Source: Anthoceros angustus (lineage: Eukaryota > Plantae > Anthocerotophyta). Taken from it: a stretch of 64,000 bases of DNA. Below the pieces are notes generated by a model that saw only the letters and a list, made by a program, of their open reading frames with translations, ran no database searches and had not been told where the DNA came from. Each line of letters begins with the position of its first letter. The first letter of the stretch is position 1. The stretch spans positions 558,001 through 622,000 of the forward strand of contig MU008169.1 of NCBI GenBank assembly GCA_010909165.1, given 5' to 3'. Position numbers and translations under genes: made by a program. This document shows, piece by piece, positions 50,172 to 62,190 of the stretch.

Positions 50172-52402
50172 TCAGGGCGCCCCTGATACCAGGACCGAGA
50201 GATCTCGCTTCTGCTGTTTCCTAGCCATGGTCAAGTCGCTGCAGAAACATCTCCTGAGCTTCTCTTGGGTGTAGCCTGTTGGGGATAGTATGAAGTCATC
50301 GTGTACATCCAGCTCCTGCGCAGCAAGCACGGGTTAGAAGGAGGATATGGGGCGGGACATACGAGGGTGTGTTCTTGCTACGGGGCAAGGCAAGCTGGCA
50401 CCTGTAGAAGGTGGCGAACAGACTTCAAGAACTCCACATCCTGATCTGATGCACAGCCTGTACTGTCCTGGGCTTTGAGCAAGTTGAAGCCAGCTTGCAG
50501 GAGGCCGCGGATTCGGTAGCGGAGAACTATCTGGCTTCTGCTGGCCAGAACATACATGCATTTTATGTAAGGCCGCGTGACATGAGGAAAAGACTCTACG
50601 AACGCAACCGTCACCCCTGCTCACCTGAAGCAGATCACCCCTTCGTCATACAGAGTCGGAGTTAAGACCGAGTATGATCTGCACAAGTTTTGGCCACGGG
50701 AAGGTTAGGAAGTGAATTAGGAAAGTGAAACCTTCAACACTGTGACAGAGGTGAGGCTGGCTGACCGTGCTCGTTCAGCCAGAACTTCATGGTTGAGTTC
50801 ACGGCAGTGAGAAACCACCATCGTAAGCCAAAGTTTGTATCGCTTCCACAGTCTCGCCACTTCTCTCCACAGTGACACCCCAGCATGCCCAACTCCAAGG
50901 TTGAAGTTCCTTCCTTCATCGGTGTTTTCCAGACTCGAAAACTGAGTCCATTTGCCTGAGTTTGATACCGACCTTTCGTCAGCACCGAACAGCTTCGGGT
51001 AACGCAACAAGCATGCCCCCTCATCTTCGGTCGGGAGTGTAGCATGAAAGTTTGTGCTGCATAGAAACTATCACACTCTCCTAACATCATGCAGTGACTA
51101 TTATTATGTGTAGAATGGGTGCACCCACCTTTCGAGCCATCTTCGCTCCAAACTCCTGCCTTCACGTGGCGTGCATTTGGAATTTGATGTTGCTGCTCAC
51201 TGCTGCCGCTACTACAGTGAGCAGGCTCTTCTTGAAAAGCAAAGTCTGCAAGGAGCAAGTTAGCCATGTAGTCCGTCCTGTCAATGAAGGCCACACCGAA
51301 GGCTTCATAGAGTAGACTCCAATTGTTCACTGTCAGCTTCCGCATGATGCCTCGGAAACCTGATGAATTGTAGCGACCGTCTGGCTTGCCCGACTCCCAC
51401 CAAATATTCATGGCACATTTGAGAAACTCGTAACCTTTTCTATACACATGGAACTTCTGACTGACACGATCAGACACAGTCATATTCTTCACACCTGTCC
51501 ATCTGCACGCGACAAACCCGACAACATGTCAGCAACACATGAACCACCCCACATATTCGTAGACCCACCCTTGCTGCTAAGGCTTCAAGACGGTACCTGG
51601 GACAGCTCTTGTCCCCGCAGTTGATCAATGGCCCAACCTTAATACCCAGGGCATTCCACAATCCATCCTGCAGGCCCACGGAGTACCAGCGCTTGCAGGT
51701 TTGCGTGACCGAACATAGATCACGAATACTCAGCCTCTTCCATATGTTAGCCAGTAACTCATCTGGCAGGTCGTCGCAGGACAATCTACACCCCAGCTCT
51801 GTTCCGGCCTCTACGTCTTCCGTGCCCTGGCAGTGGATCCCGGCCTTGCAAAGTCCCGGATCTCCTGCCACGCCAAACTCAGAGGCTCCTTCCTCACAAT
51901 CCTCCAATTTCCAAACCCTAGACCCAGGCCCGCAACCCGCCTCACGAGCTTCAAGCTTCCACGCCTTCTTTCTCACACTGCGTGCCACAGCCACGCCCCG
52001 ACGCTCTTGGCTTGAACGTGTCCATCTGCCTCACCGCCAGACGACGTCAGAGGATGCCTCATTATCGAAACCTTCCGCCGCTTTGCATCCTTGCAAATCT
52101 CGATGGCCCAGTCAGGGAATGCAAACGTGAGCCTGGCAGCCGGCACAACGGTCGACGACGACCTTGCCGCACCTGCATCCAACACCCGGTTGAGATCCAG
52201 GCCGCATGCACCATCTCGCCACCGAAAATGGCACTCGCGCAGCCAAAATTCACCTGGACTCGAATCAAGCCTGGAAGCGGGATTCTCAGGCTTCACAGGA
52301 TTTTTCAGAAACGAGGGCTGCCAGTGCCACGTCCAGCGCAGCGTCTATCTCGTCTTCCGTCCCGACCTCGCTCGCACACGCTGGCTCCGCCATGTCCTTC
52401 AT
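50172..52402 (-). CDS. F-box protein gene 1 (multi-exon, uncharacterised C-terminal domain)
   Basis: DDLPDELLANIWKRLSIRDLCSVTQTCKRWYSV F-box; phase-2 intron CCCAG|GTACCG...GTGCAG|ATGG; further GT-AG introns; 1-nt indels in the 5' exon. Confidence 0.8.
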
Positions 52403-52857
52403 CAGCTGCGAGAAGTTCTCACTGCCATCGCTCCTCCAGTAGCTTGTTCCCCGGGACCGGCTACATTTTGCACATTAATACCTATCTATGCAGCTCTATG
52501 CAGCTTAACGATTTTAATCATTATTAAACCTCAGAAGAATGAAGTGTGATCAACATCCTCCAGGCTTCACGACATTGGTCCCCTCCCATCTGCCATGGGA
52601 AACTAAATGGCCAATCTACAAGATGTTACAATCGCAGCCGGACCCCTTTCCCATTTCGCACCCCATCAGCAGGGCGAGTCGGAATGAATTCAGATCTGCC
52701 AAACTCTTTGGTTCAAATGTTCGGTGGAACATTGTAAGATAGAGCCAACCTCAAGCAGTACGGCAATCACCTGACTACAATTGCTGTGATCTTATCACTA
52801 AGTAGGTGGTACATAAGAGGATGCACAATGGGTATATACATAGGTCCAATAACCTGA

Positions 52858-55086
52858 CTATTCAGTCTCGCTTCTGGTGTCTCCTAAAGCGCTGCAGAAA
52901 CATCTCCTGAGCTTCTCTTGGGTGTAGCCAGTTGGGGCTAGTATGAAGTCATCCTCTACATCCAGCTCCTGCACGACACGCAAGAGTTAGGAGGAGGTTA
53001 TGGGTCGCCTAATAGGAGGGCGGTAGGCAAGCCAGGCACCTGTAGAATATGGTGAACACTTTTCAACAACTCCTCGTCTTCATCTGATGCACATCCCGCA
53101 CTGTTGTGGACTTTGAGCCAGTCGAAGCCAGCTTGCAGGAGGCCTCTTATTCGGTAGCGCAGAACGATCTGGCTTCTGTTCGCCCCAGCACACATGCATT
53201 TTCTGTAGGGAGATGTGACATGAGAAAGAGACTGTACGGATGCAACCATTACCCCTACTAACCTGAAACAGATCACCCCTAGGTCATACAGTGTCGGAGG
53301 TGCGAACAAAGTGTGTGATCTGCACAAGTTTTGGTCCTGGAAAGGTTAGAGAGTGACTTAGAGGAACGTGAATCCTTCAACACTGGGTTAGATGTGAGGC
53401 TAGCAGACCGTCGTCGTTTAGCAAACCGTTCATGCCACCAGAGTTCACGGCTGTGAGATTCGATTATGGTGAGCCAAGATGTGTATCGCCTCCACAGCGT
53501 CGCCACTTCCTCCAGAGGACACCCCAACATGATCGATTCCGAGGTTGGACTTCCTTCCTTCATCGGTGTGGTCCTGACTCGAAAGCTGAGTCCATTTGCC
53601 TGAGCATGATAATGAGCTTCTGTCAGCAACGAATCAGATTCGGGTAACACAACAAGCAGCCCAGCTGCGCTCATCTTCGGTGGCAGTGTAGCATGAAAGT
53701 CTATGGTCCACACATCGTATCACCCTTTCCTAACATCATGCAGACTTCTGTGATGTCTACAACGGGCGTACACACCTTTGGAGCCATCTGTGCCACGAAC
53801 TCCTGCCTTCACGTACCGTTCATTTGGAATTTGATGTTGCTGCTCACTGCTGCTGCTACAGTACAGTAAGCAGGCTCTTCTTGAAGAGCAAAATCTGCCA
53901 CGAGCAAGTTTGCCATGTAGTCCGTCCTGTCAATGAAGGCCATGCCGAAGGCCTCATATAGTAGATTCAAATCATTGCACGCCCGCCTCTGTAGAATAAG
54001 GGGAACATGTTGCGGAAAGCTCGTAAAGTGAGCCGACCGGCCACAACGTCTGGCTTGCCCGTCTCCCAACAAGCATTCATGATCCATTTCACACAGTCGA
54101 TAAATGACGCACATGTCTTCCGCCTGATACGGAACTTCTCAGTGACACGGCCACACAGAGTCATATTCTTTACACTTGTCCATCTGCACAGAGCAAACCC
54201 AACTACATGTCAGCAAAACATGAACCACCCCACATACTTGCATGGCTACCCTTGCTGCTAATGAGGCTTCAAGACAGTACCTGGGACAACTCTCGCCCAC
54301 ACAGTTAATAGTTGGCCCAACCTTAATACCCAGGGCATTCCACAATCCATCCTGCAGGCCCACGGAGTACCAGCGCTTGCAGGTTTGCGTGACCGAACAT
54401 AGATCACGAATACTCAGCCTCTTCCATATGTTAGCCAGTAACTCATCTGGCAGGTCGTCGCAGGACAATCTACACCCCAGCTCTGTTCCGGCCTCTACGT
54501 CTTCCGTGCCCTGGCAGTGGATCCCGGCCTTGCAAAGTCCCGGATCTCCTGCCACGCCAAACTCAGAGGCTCCTTCCTCACAATCCTCCAATTTCCAAAC
54601 CCTAGACCCAGGCCCGCAACCCGCCTCACGAGCTTCAAGCTTCCACGCCTTCTTTCTCACACTGCGTGCCACAGCCACGCCCCCGACGCTCTTGGCTTGA
54701 ACGTGTCCATCTGCCTCACCGCCAGACGACGTCAGAGGATGCCTCATTATCGAAACCTTCCGCCGCTTTGCATCCTTGCAAATCTCGATGGCCCAGTCAG
54801 GGAATGCAAACGTGAGCCTGGCAGCCGGCACAACGGTCGACGACGACCTTGCCGCACCTGCATCCAACACCCGGTTGAGATCCAGGCCGCATGCACCATC
54901 TCGCCACCGAAAATGGCACTCGCGCAGCCAAAATTCACCTGGACTCGAATCAAGCCTGGAAGCGGGATTCTCAGGCTTCACAGGATTTTTCAGAAACGAG
55001 GCTGCCAGTGCCACGTCCAGCGCAGCGTCTATCTCGTCTTCCGTCCCGACCTCGCTCGCACACGCTGGCTCCGCCATGTCCTTCAT
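52858..55086 (-). CDS. F-box protein gene 2 (chimera: 5' half as gene 1, 3' half as gene 3)
   Basis: ORF 54139-55086 contains the F-box; identity switches at 54313-54326. Confidence 0.82.
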
Positions 55087-55543
55087 CAGCTGCGAGAAGT
55101 TCTCACTGCCATCGCTCCTCTCCAGTAGCTTGTTCCCCGGGACCGGCTACATTTTGCACATTAATACCTATCTATGCAGCTCTATGCAGCTTAACGATTT
55201 TAATCATTATTAAACCTCAGAAGAATGAAGTGTGATCAACATCCTCCAGGCTTCACGACATTGGTCCCCTCCCATCTGCCATGGGAAACTAAATGGCCAA
55301 TCTACAAGATGTTACAATCGCAGCCGGACCCCTTTCCCATTTCGCACCCCATCAGCAGGGCGAGTCGGAATGAATTCAGATCTGCCAAACTCTTTGGTTC
55401 AAATGTTCGGTGGAACATTGTAAGATAGAGCCAACCTCAAGCAGTACGGCAATCACCTGACTACAATTGCTGTGATCTTATCACTAAGTAGGTGGTACAT
55501 AAGAGGATGCACAATGGGTATATACATAGGTCCAATAACCTGA

Positions 55544-57792
55544 CTATTCAGTCTCGCTTCTGGTGTCTCCTAAAGCGCTGCAGAAACATCTCCTGAGCTT
55601 CTCTTGGGTGTAGCCAGTTGGGGCTAGTATGAAGTCATCCTCTACATCCAGCTCCTGCACGACACGCAAGAGTTAGGAGGAGGTTATGGGTCGCCTAATA
55701 GGAGGGCGGTAGGCAAGCCAGGCACCTGTAGAATATGGTGAACACTTTTCAACAACTCCTCGTCTTCATCTGATGCACATCCCGCACTGTTGTGGACTTT
55801 GAGCCAGTCGAAGCCAGCTTGCAGGAGGCCTCTTATTCAGTAGCGCAGAACGATCTGGCTTCTGTTCGCCCCAGCACACATGCATTTTCTGTAGGAGATG
55901 TGACATGAGAAAGAGACTGTACGGATGCAACCATTACCCTACTAACCTGAAACAGATCACCCCTAGGTCATACAGTGTCGGAGGTGCGAACAAAGTGTGT
56001 GATCTGCACAAGTTTTGGTCCTGGAAAGGTTAGAGAGTGACTTAGAGGAACGTGAATCCTTCAACACTGGGTTAGATGTGAGGCTAGCAGACCGTCGTCG
56101 TTTAGCAAACCGTTCATGCCACCAGAGTTCACGGCTGTGAGATTCGATTATGGTGAGCCAAGATGTGTATCGCCTCCACAGCGTCGCCACTTCCCTCCAG
56201 AGGGACACCCCAACATGATCGATTCCGAGGTTGGACTTCCTTCCTTCATCGGTGTGGTCCTGACTCGAAAGCTGAGTCCATTTGCCTGAGCATGATAATG
56301 AGCTTCTGTCAGCAACGAATCAGATTCGGGTAACACAACAAGCAGCCCAGCTGCGCTCATCTTCGGTGGCAGTGTAGCATGAAAGTCTATGGTCCACACA
56401 TCGTATCACCCTTTCCTAACATCATGCAGACTTCTGTGATGTCTACAACGGGCGTACACACCTTTGGAGCCATCTGTGCCACGAACTCCTGCCTTCACGT
56501 ACCGTTCATTTGGAATTTGATGTTGCTGCTCACTGCTGCTGCTACTACAGTAAGCAGGCTCTTCTTGAAGAGCAAAATCTGCCACGAGCAAGTTTGCCAT
56601 GTAGTCCGTCCTGTCAATGAAGGCCATGCCGAAGGCCTCATATAGTAGATTCAAATCATTGCACGCCCGCCTCTGTAGAATAAGGGGGAACATGTTGCGG
56701 AAAGCTCGTAAAGTGAGCCGACCGGCCACAACGTCTGGCTTGCCCGTCTCCCAACAAGCATTCATGATCCATTTCACACAGTCGATAAATGACGCACATG
56801 TCTTCCGCCTGATACGGAACTTCTCAGTGACACGGCCACACAGAGTCATATTCTTTACACTTGTCCATCTGCACAGAGCAAACCCAACTACATGTCAGCA
56901 AAACATGAACCCACCCACATACTTGCATGGCTACCCTTGCTGCTAATGAGGCTTCAAGACAGTACCTGGGACAACTCTCGCCCACACAGTTAATAGTTGG
57001 CCCAACCTTAACACCCACGGCATTCCACAACTCATCCTGCAGGCCCATGGAGTGCCAGCGCTTGCAGGTTTGCGTGACCGAACATAGATCACGAATACTC
57101 AGCCTCTTCCATATGTTAGCCAGTAACTCATGCGGCAGGTCGTCGAAGGACACTCTACACACCAGCTCCGGTCCCGCCTCTACATCATCAACGCCTTCAT
57201 CCTTAGAAAGTCCGAGATCCACTGCCACACCAAACTCCGGGGGTCCTTCCTCACAATCCTCCAATTTCCAAACCCTAGACTCAGGCCCGCAACCCGCCCC
57301 ACAAGCTTCCAGCTTCCATCCCTTCTTTCTCACACTGCGTGCCACAGCCACGCCCCCGACGTTCTTGGCTTCCACGTGTTCATCTACCTCACCAACGGAC
57401 GACGGAAGAGGATGCCTCATTGTCGAAACCCTCCGCTTCCTTGCATACTAGCAAATCTCGATGGTCCGATCGGGGAACGCATTGGTGAGCTTGGCAGCCA
57501 GCACAATGGTCGAGGACGACCTCGCCGCACCTGAATTCAACACCCAGTTGAGAACCAGACCCCATCCAACATCTTTCCAACCCTACATGTTACCATGCAA
57601 ACCTCGCAACTGCAGCCAAAATTCACGCGTACACGAATCACGACTGGAAGTGGGATGCTCTGGCTGCTCGGGATTCTTCAGCAAGGAGGCTGCCCGTGCG
57701 ACGACGTCCAGGGCAGCGTCTATCTTGTCTTCCGTACAGACCTCGCTCGCACAAGCGGCCTCTACCATGTCGTTCATCAGCTGGGCTCCCAC
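55544..57792 (-). CDS. F-box protein gene 3 (frameshifts in the 5' exon)
   Basis: FDDLPHELLANIWKRLSIRDLCSVTQTCKRW; same exon structure. Confidence 0.78.
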
Positions 57793-58009
57793 TCATCCCT
57801 CCTCGACATTCGCTTGTGCCTTCAGACCGGCGACGTTTTGCACATAGACATTGAAGTGCAATTGACGATCTTTAATCACTATTAAAACTCGGGAAAATGA
57901 AGTGATCAGCATCCTCCCGCATTCCTATCATCATGGCCGCGAGAATACATGTGTTCGAGAATGCGGGGGGCATTCAACAAAGACCTCAAGCCCACAACAT
58001 GACTCTGTC

Positions 58010-58600
58010 CCTCACAAATTGGGAGCATTTTGCATACATGTCCGCCAGGCAGGTGCCCACCACTACGACTCTTCCAAGAATCCGTGATTGCAGCTGCCTG
58101 CCCGTCTGTAAGGCGCCAGTGCTTGCACAGGCCTTCAGAAGGGAAGCAAACCTAGCATGGTTAACCAAAAGCAGGCCCCCTGCTCCATTTGTCCATACAC
58201 GAGTCCCTAACTGCTAAGCATACCCAGCAATCAGCGCTGTCCATGTCACCACATCCTTGGCCAAGCCTCAAAAACCTGGCGTGCATCTTCCAGTTCACCA
58301 CAGTTTGCATACATGCCCACCAGGCAGGTGCCAACAAACAAGTTAGTAGGCATGCCACTCTGCACCACGTCACAGAGCACTTTTCTGCCAGATTCCAGAC
58401 GGCGGCAAATGCACAAGCTCGAAGGGCAGCTACAAAGACGTGAGCATCCCCTTCACTCCTGACCTACGCACCTCGTATGGCCTCCTCAGGTTTCCCATGC
58501 TTAGCATGTGCAACGATTATGGAAACCACATGAAGGCATCCGGTTTGCCCACTCTCACAATGGGTCCGGTTGCCAGCCTTCACAGCAGCAAAGCCAGGGT
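58010..58600 (-). pseudogene. Deleted remnant of the same PPR family (copy 3)
   Basis: WQPDP joined directly to RVGKPDAFMWF; degenerate FASLLKACASTGALQTGRQL, DMYAKC; no E or DYW domain. Confidence 0.78.
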
Positions 58601-59294
58601 TGCTGGACTGACCTGGACGGGGAATGGCATAGCCCACAAAGCTGCAGAACGGCGGGCAGTTAAGCTGTGGTCAGGACCTGGCAAAACTCTGCAGAATAGC
58701 AAAGCTGGACTGCACCTGGAGAAAGTACCATGGGCACCTGCACCTGGAGAATAACGCATGGCACCTGCAACCTTCTTCCACACATACTCATTGTTGACTT
58801 GGGGCTGTTAAGGCCAGGTGATAAAGAAGGAAGTGCTACCACGTTGGACGACTTCGCAGGGCTCGAACAGACAGAGATTGGGGAAGTCTGCGGACAATTC
58901 TACAGGGCAAAGAGTTGTGGACGCATGCTCTTGACATACACGTCTTCTCCCGCTGTTAGTTACAAGTGAACACACCGACTGGCCACACTGTTGACATCAA
59001 TTCCACGATAGCAACCTCCTACGTATTCCAGCAGTAGGAGGTGGCTATCGTGCCAGAGGGACAATTCACTCTCATCCAGTGGAGAAAGCATGGGGCTCCC
59101 TACTTGCTCAACCTTTATGTCCTGTCAACTTGCATGTGATGAGTTTTCTCATGTGCTGTCAGGTCTTTCTGAAGACTGAGAGTCCGCCTGAGACGATGGT
59201 TGGCACGCCATGGTGAAGAGCGAACAGTGCAGCTCATGCATTGAAACAATGAACGACCCACGTTCCACGTTTTCTATCACGTTTTGCCGAGGCA

Positions 59295-59427
59295 TGTCAG
59301 AGTCGGGATTCGAACCCAAGCCCAGTTGAAATTGGCGCCTTACACCAACTCGGCCATCCTGGCAATGAGGATTCGAACCCAGGTCGAATTGAAATCGGCG
59401 CCTTAGACCAACTCGGCCATCTTTGAT
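59295..59427 (-). pseudogene. Two tandem degenerate tRNA-Leu-derived sequences
   Basis: Each has GATGGCCGAGTTGGT(C/G)TAAGGCGCC (A box/D arm) and GGGTTCGAATCC (B box/T arm). The anticodon and variable arms are shortened. Confidence 0.75.
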
Positions 59428-59579
59428 AAATTTGTGCCAGGCATGTCCACACGAGTTTGTATCGGGATGACGAGCCTGAAGTGCCTATCGGGATGATGAG
59501 CCTGAAGTTCGCGGCAACAAGCCTTACAACTCCCTACGAGAAATGAGCACGAAATGTGTGATCGTTTGGAGCTGCGATC

Positions 59580-59880
59580 CTTGTCGAAGCGCAGTGCGCA
59601 GCAGTGCAGGGAAGCGGGAAGACAAAGGCGGGTCTCCACTCCAATCCAATCCACTCATAGTGACCCATAGTTCTCTCCTGAAGGCCTTACGCGGCAGTGC
59701 AGGGAAGCGGGAAGACAAAGGCGGGACCCCACTCCACTCTCATCCACTCAAAGTGACCCATAGTTTTCTCCTGAAGGCCTTACGCGGCAGTGCAGGGAAG
59801 CAGGAAGACAAAGGCGGGACTCCACTCCAATCCACTAAGAGTGACCCTTAGGTTTCTCCTGAAGGCCTTACGGTGGCGGT
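59580..59880. repeat. About 90-bp tandem repeat x about 3
   Basis: gcagtgcagggaagc(g/a)ggaagacaaaggcggg...gtgaccc...ctcctgaaggccttacg. Confidence 0.9.
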
Positions 59881-60786
59881 GTGCGGAGCACGGTGAGGTC
59901 TGCGGTGGGGCCTGTCCCAGGGTTGAGGGCTTGCTCTCTGGTGGGGCTCTGTGGTTGTGTCCGCTGAGCATGGACTGTCGGGGCTGATATCGCGCTCAGC
60001 ATGGGGTATGGGGTGTTGGGGTTGGGGTTGGGGTTGATATCGCGATGAGCATGGGGTGGACGATGTTGCGGTGCATGGGGTGTTGAGGTTGATATTGCAG
60101 AGTGGAGGAGGTCGCGGTGATAACATAATTTAGGTTTTTGGTGCGCGACTGGCGACTGTGGTCGGTGGTGTGGAGGTCCTGGTTATTTTATTATTAAGTA
60201 TAAAATAATTAGTTGATTTTTTAGATTATTATTATTATTATTATTATCAGTAAGTATAAAACAATTAAACATATAAATAACAAGGTATCAATATTGGAGA
60301 TTGGAGTAATATTAAAAATAAATATCAAGCTAACAGGGTATCAGTATTGGAGACTAGAGTGTGGAGACTAGAGTGTGTAATATTGAGGTGAAGAATATTT
60401 TCTTAAAGGAAAAATATGAATTTCTTTTGGCTGAGCACTAATCTTTGGCATGGGACTCGGAAGAGGTCAATTCTGTAATGGATGATCTTATAGATGAGAG
60501 ATTTGTAGTCAAGGTGTTATCGTTAGAAAATTGCAACAGGATTTTGATTCGTCAAGGTTATGGGCTAAAGATTTTGAGGCGTCTTTCCAGGTCACGTTTG
60601 ATTCATTGCTTTTGCAAATCAATACCGTGCAAATTCTTGTTCCTTGTGTGGGTTGCTTGTTGAAGGCAAATCTTGTACTTAGTGTGGAAGGCTACAAGAG
60701 GTTTATTCTCGAGTTTATTCATGCACAGAGGAAAGAAATGTATAATTATAGGGCAAAAAATTAATAAATCAAAACCCGCTTGGACG

Positions 60787-61070
60787 CTTTGAGATTAATG
60801 TTGCTTGCTAAAGATGAAAGCGAGTGCAGGCTGAAGATGATTACTAGAGCCCTAGTGTATCATGGTTGAACAAGAGTTTGAGATTAATGTTGCTTGCTAA
60901 AGATGAAAGCGAGTGCAGGCTGAAGATGATTACTAGAGCCCTAGTGTATCATGGTTGAACAGGAGACAATTAACCCAAGAACGCTGAATCTACTCATGTT
61001 GATTCCCTAGTGCACTATGGTTGAACAGGAAATGAGTAACCCAAGAACGCTGAATCTACTCATATTGAGT
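60787..61070. repeat. Exact about 85-bp tandem duplication followed by a shorter degenerate pair
   Basis: tttgagattaatgttgcttgc...tcatggttgaaca x2; aacccaagaacgctgaatctactcat x2. Confidence 0.88.
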
Positions 61071-61366
61071 CGTTCAGCTCACTCTTTGGGCTCTTGAATT
61101 TCTTTCACACACGGATTCCATTTGATACCTTTGAGTGATCTCCACGGACAGGGTGAGTAGCATGTCAGATTTTACAGTACAAAAAACAGACCTCAATAGG
61201 TACGTCCAGACCACATCGAGCATAAAGATTTTAGAAGATGCCTCTCCATCATGGCGTCTACCTATGATTCTACTAAATTGGAGGCGCTTACACTGAGCTT
61301 CCTCTCCATAACCTCGGCTAGTGCAAGGTGTTGGCCCCTGTTCACCAGCAGCCGTTCTGGCGAATG

Positions 61367-61463
61367 AAGAAGAAGAAGAATTTTATTTAAGTCCATTAAG
61401 GACGGATTTCCGTCATGGAATTGGTACTTAACAACTTGTACCATGGTGTGCCAAAGCTACATT
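61367..61463 (-). mobile_element. 5'-truncated non-LTR retroposon copy (same family as 37399-37613)
   Basis: (TTC)n tail; shared ...catgacggaaatccgtcctta.tggactt 3' end; 5-bp TSD GAATG. Confidence 0.75.
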
Positions 61464-62190
61464 GAATGGCCGCCTCACTGCGACCGGGCAATCTACAATA
61501 TATTCTCGGAATATCCAAGCTTGCCAAAGCGAGCAGTAGGAGGCCAATTTTGGAGACTGCGTAGATAGTTTAGGGTTGTAGTGAAGCAACGACATAGATG
61601 CTCTTCCCATGCACATGTTTCTCCCATGAGAAAACGGCTACTTTCTTCAGCCTTCCATGGCCGGCTCCCAGCTCTCCCTTTCAGACAATGTCGACATGAC
61701 CAGGTTCTTCTTTGGTAACGGCGCTTTCTTCACCCTTCTATGGCCTGCTCCCACGTCTCTATGACGACAATGTAGACATGATCACGTTCTGGTTTGATAA
61801 AAATCACATTCATTAGTAATTGATGATTTCAATTTATTATTAAAACTGAAAAATAATAGAGTGACGACATCCTCCAGGCTTCAGACTCGGCCCCCTGCTA
61901 TCTGCCCTGGGAAAATTGGTGTAACCATCAACTAGTTCCTCAAGTTGCTCCTGAATGCATTTCCACGAGGAGCACCCACAAACAATATAATCTATGGCTA
62001 CTCTACTCAAAGACTGCACTATCTCTATCATCGGACCTCGAGCTCCGAGTTGGTGCAGGGCGAGCTCAGGTACCACGATGGGTAGTGTTTGTGATGCTGT
62101 GGGGACAACATCAGGGCAGAGAGCGGAGGGTTAAGTTAGTTTCTAAGAGGCATAAGTAGGCGGGAGCTTTGATGGTGGAGTATCAGCTTC

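Larger units (their letters stand above)
45600..50663. repeat. Segmental duplication copy B
   Basis: Collinear with 7580-12637. Confidence 0.93.

Noticed and set aside
59365-59427. Possible UCA-anticodon (opal/Sec-like) tRNA from a cga-tttcaat-tcg hairpin
   Set aside because: Only a 3-bp stem, no proper acceptor or variable arm; it aligns better as a decayed tRNA-Leu.
60445-60764. Short AT-rich ORFs
   Set aside because: Fragmentary, no recognisable motif and no second copy to test conservation.
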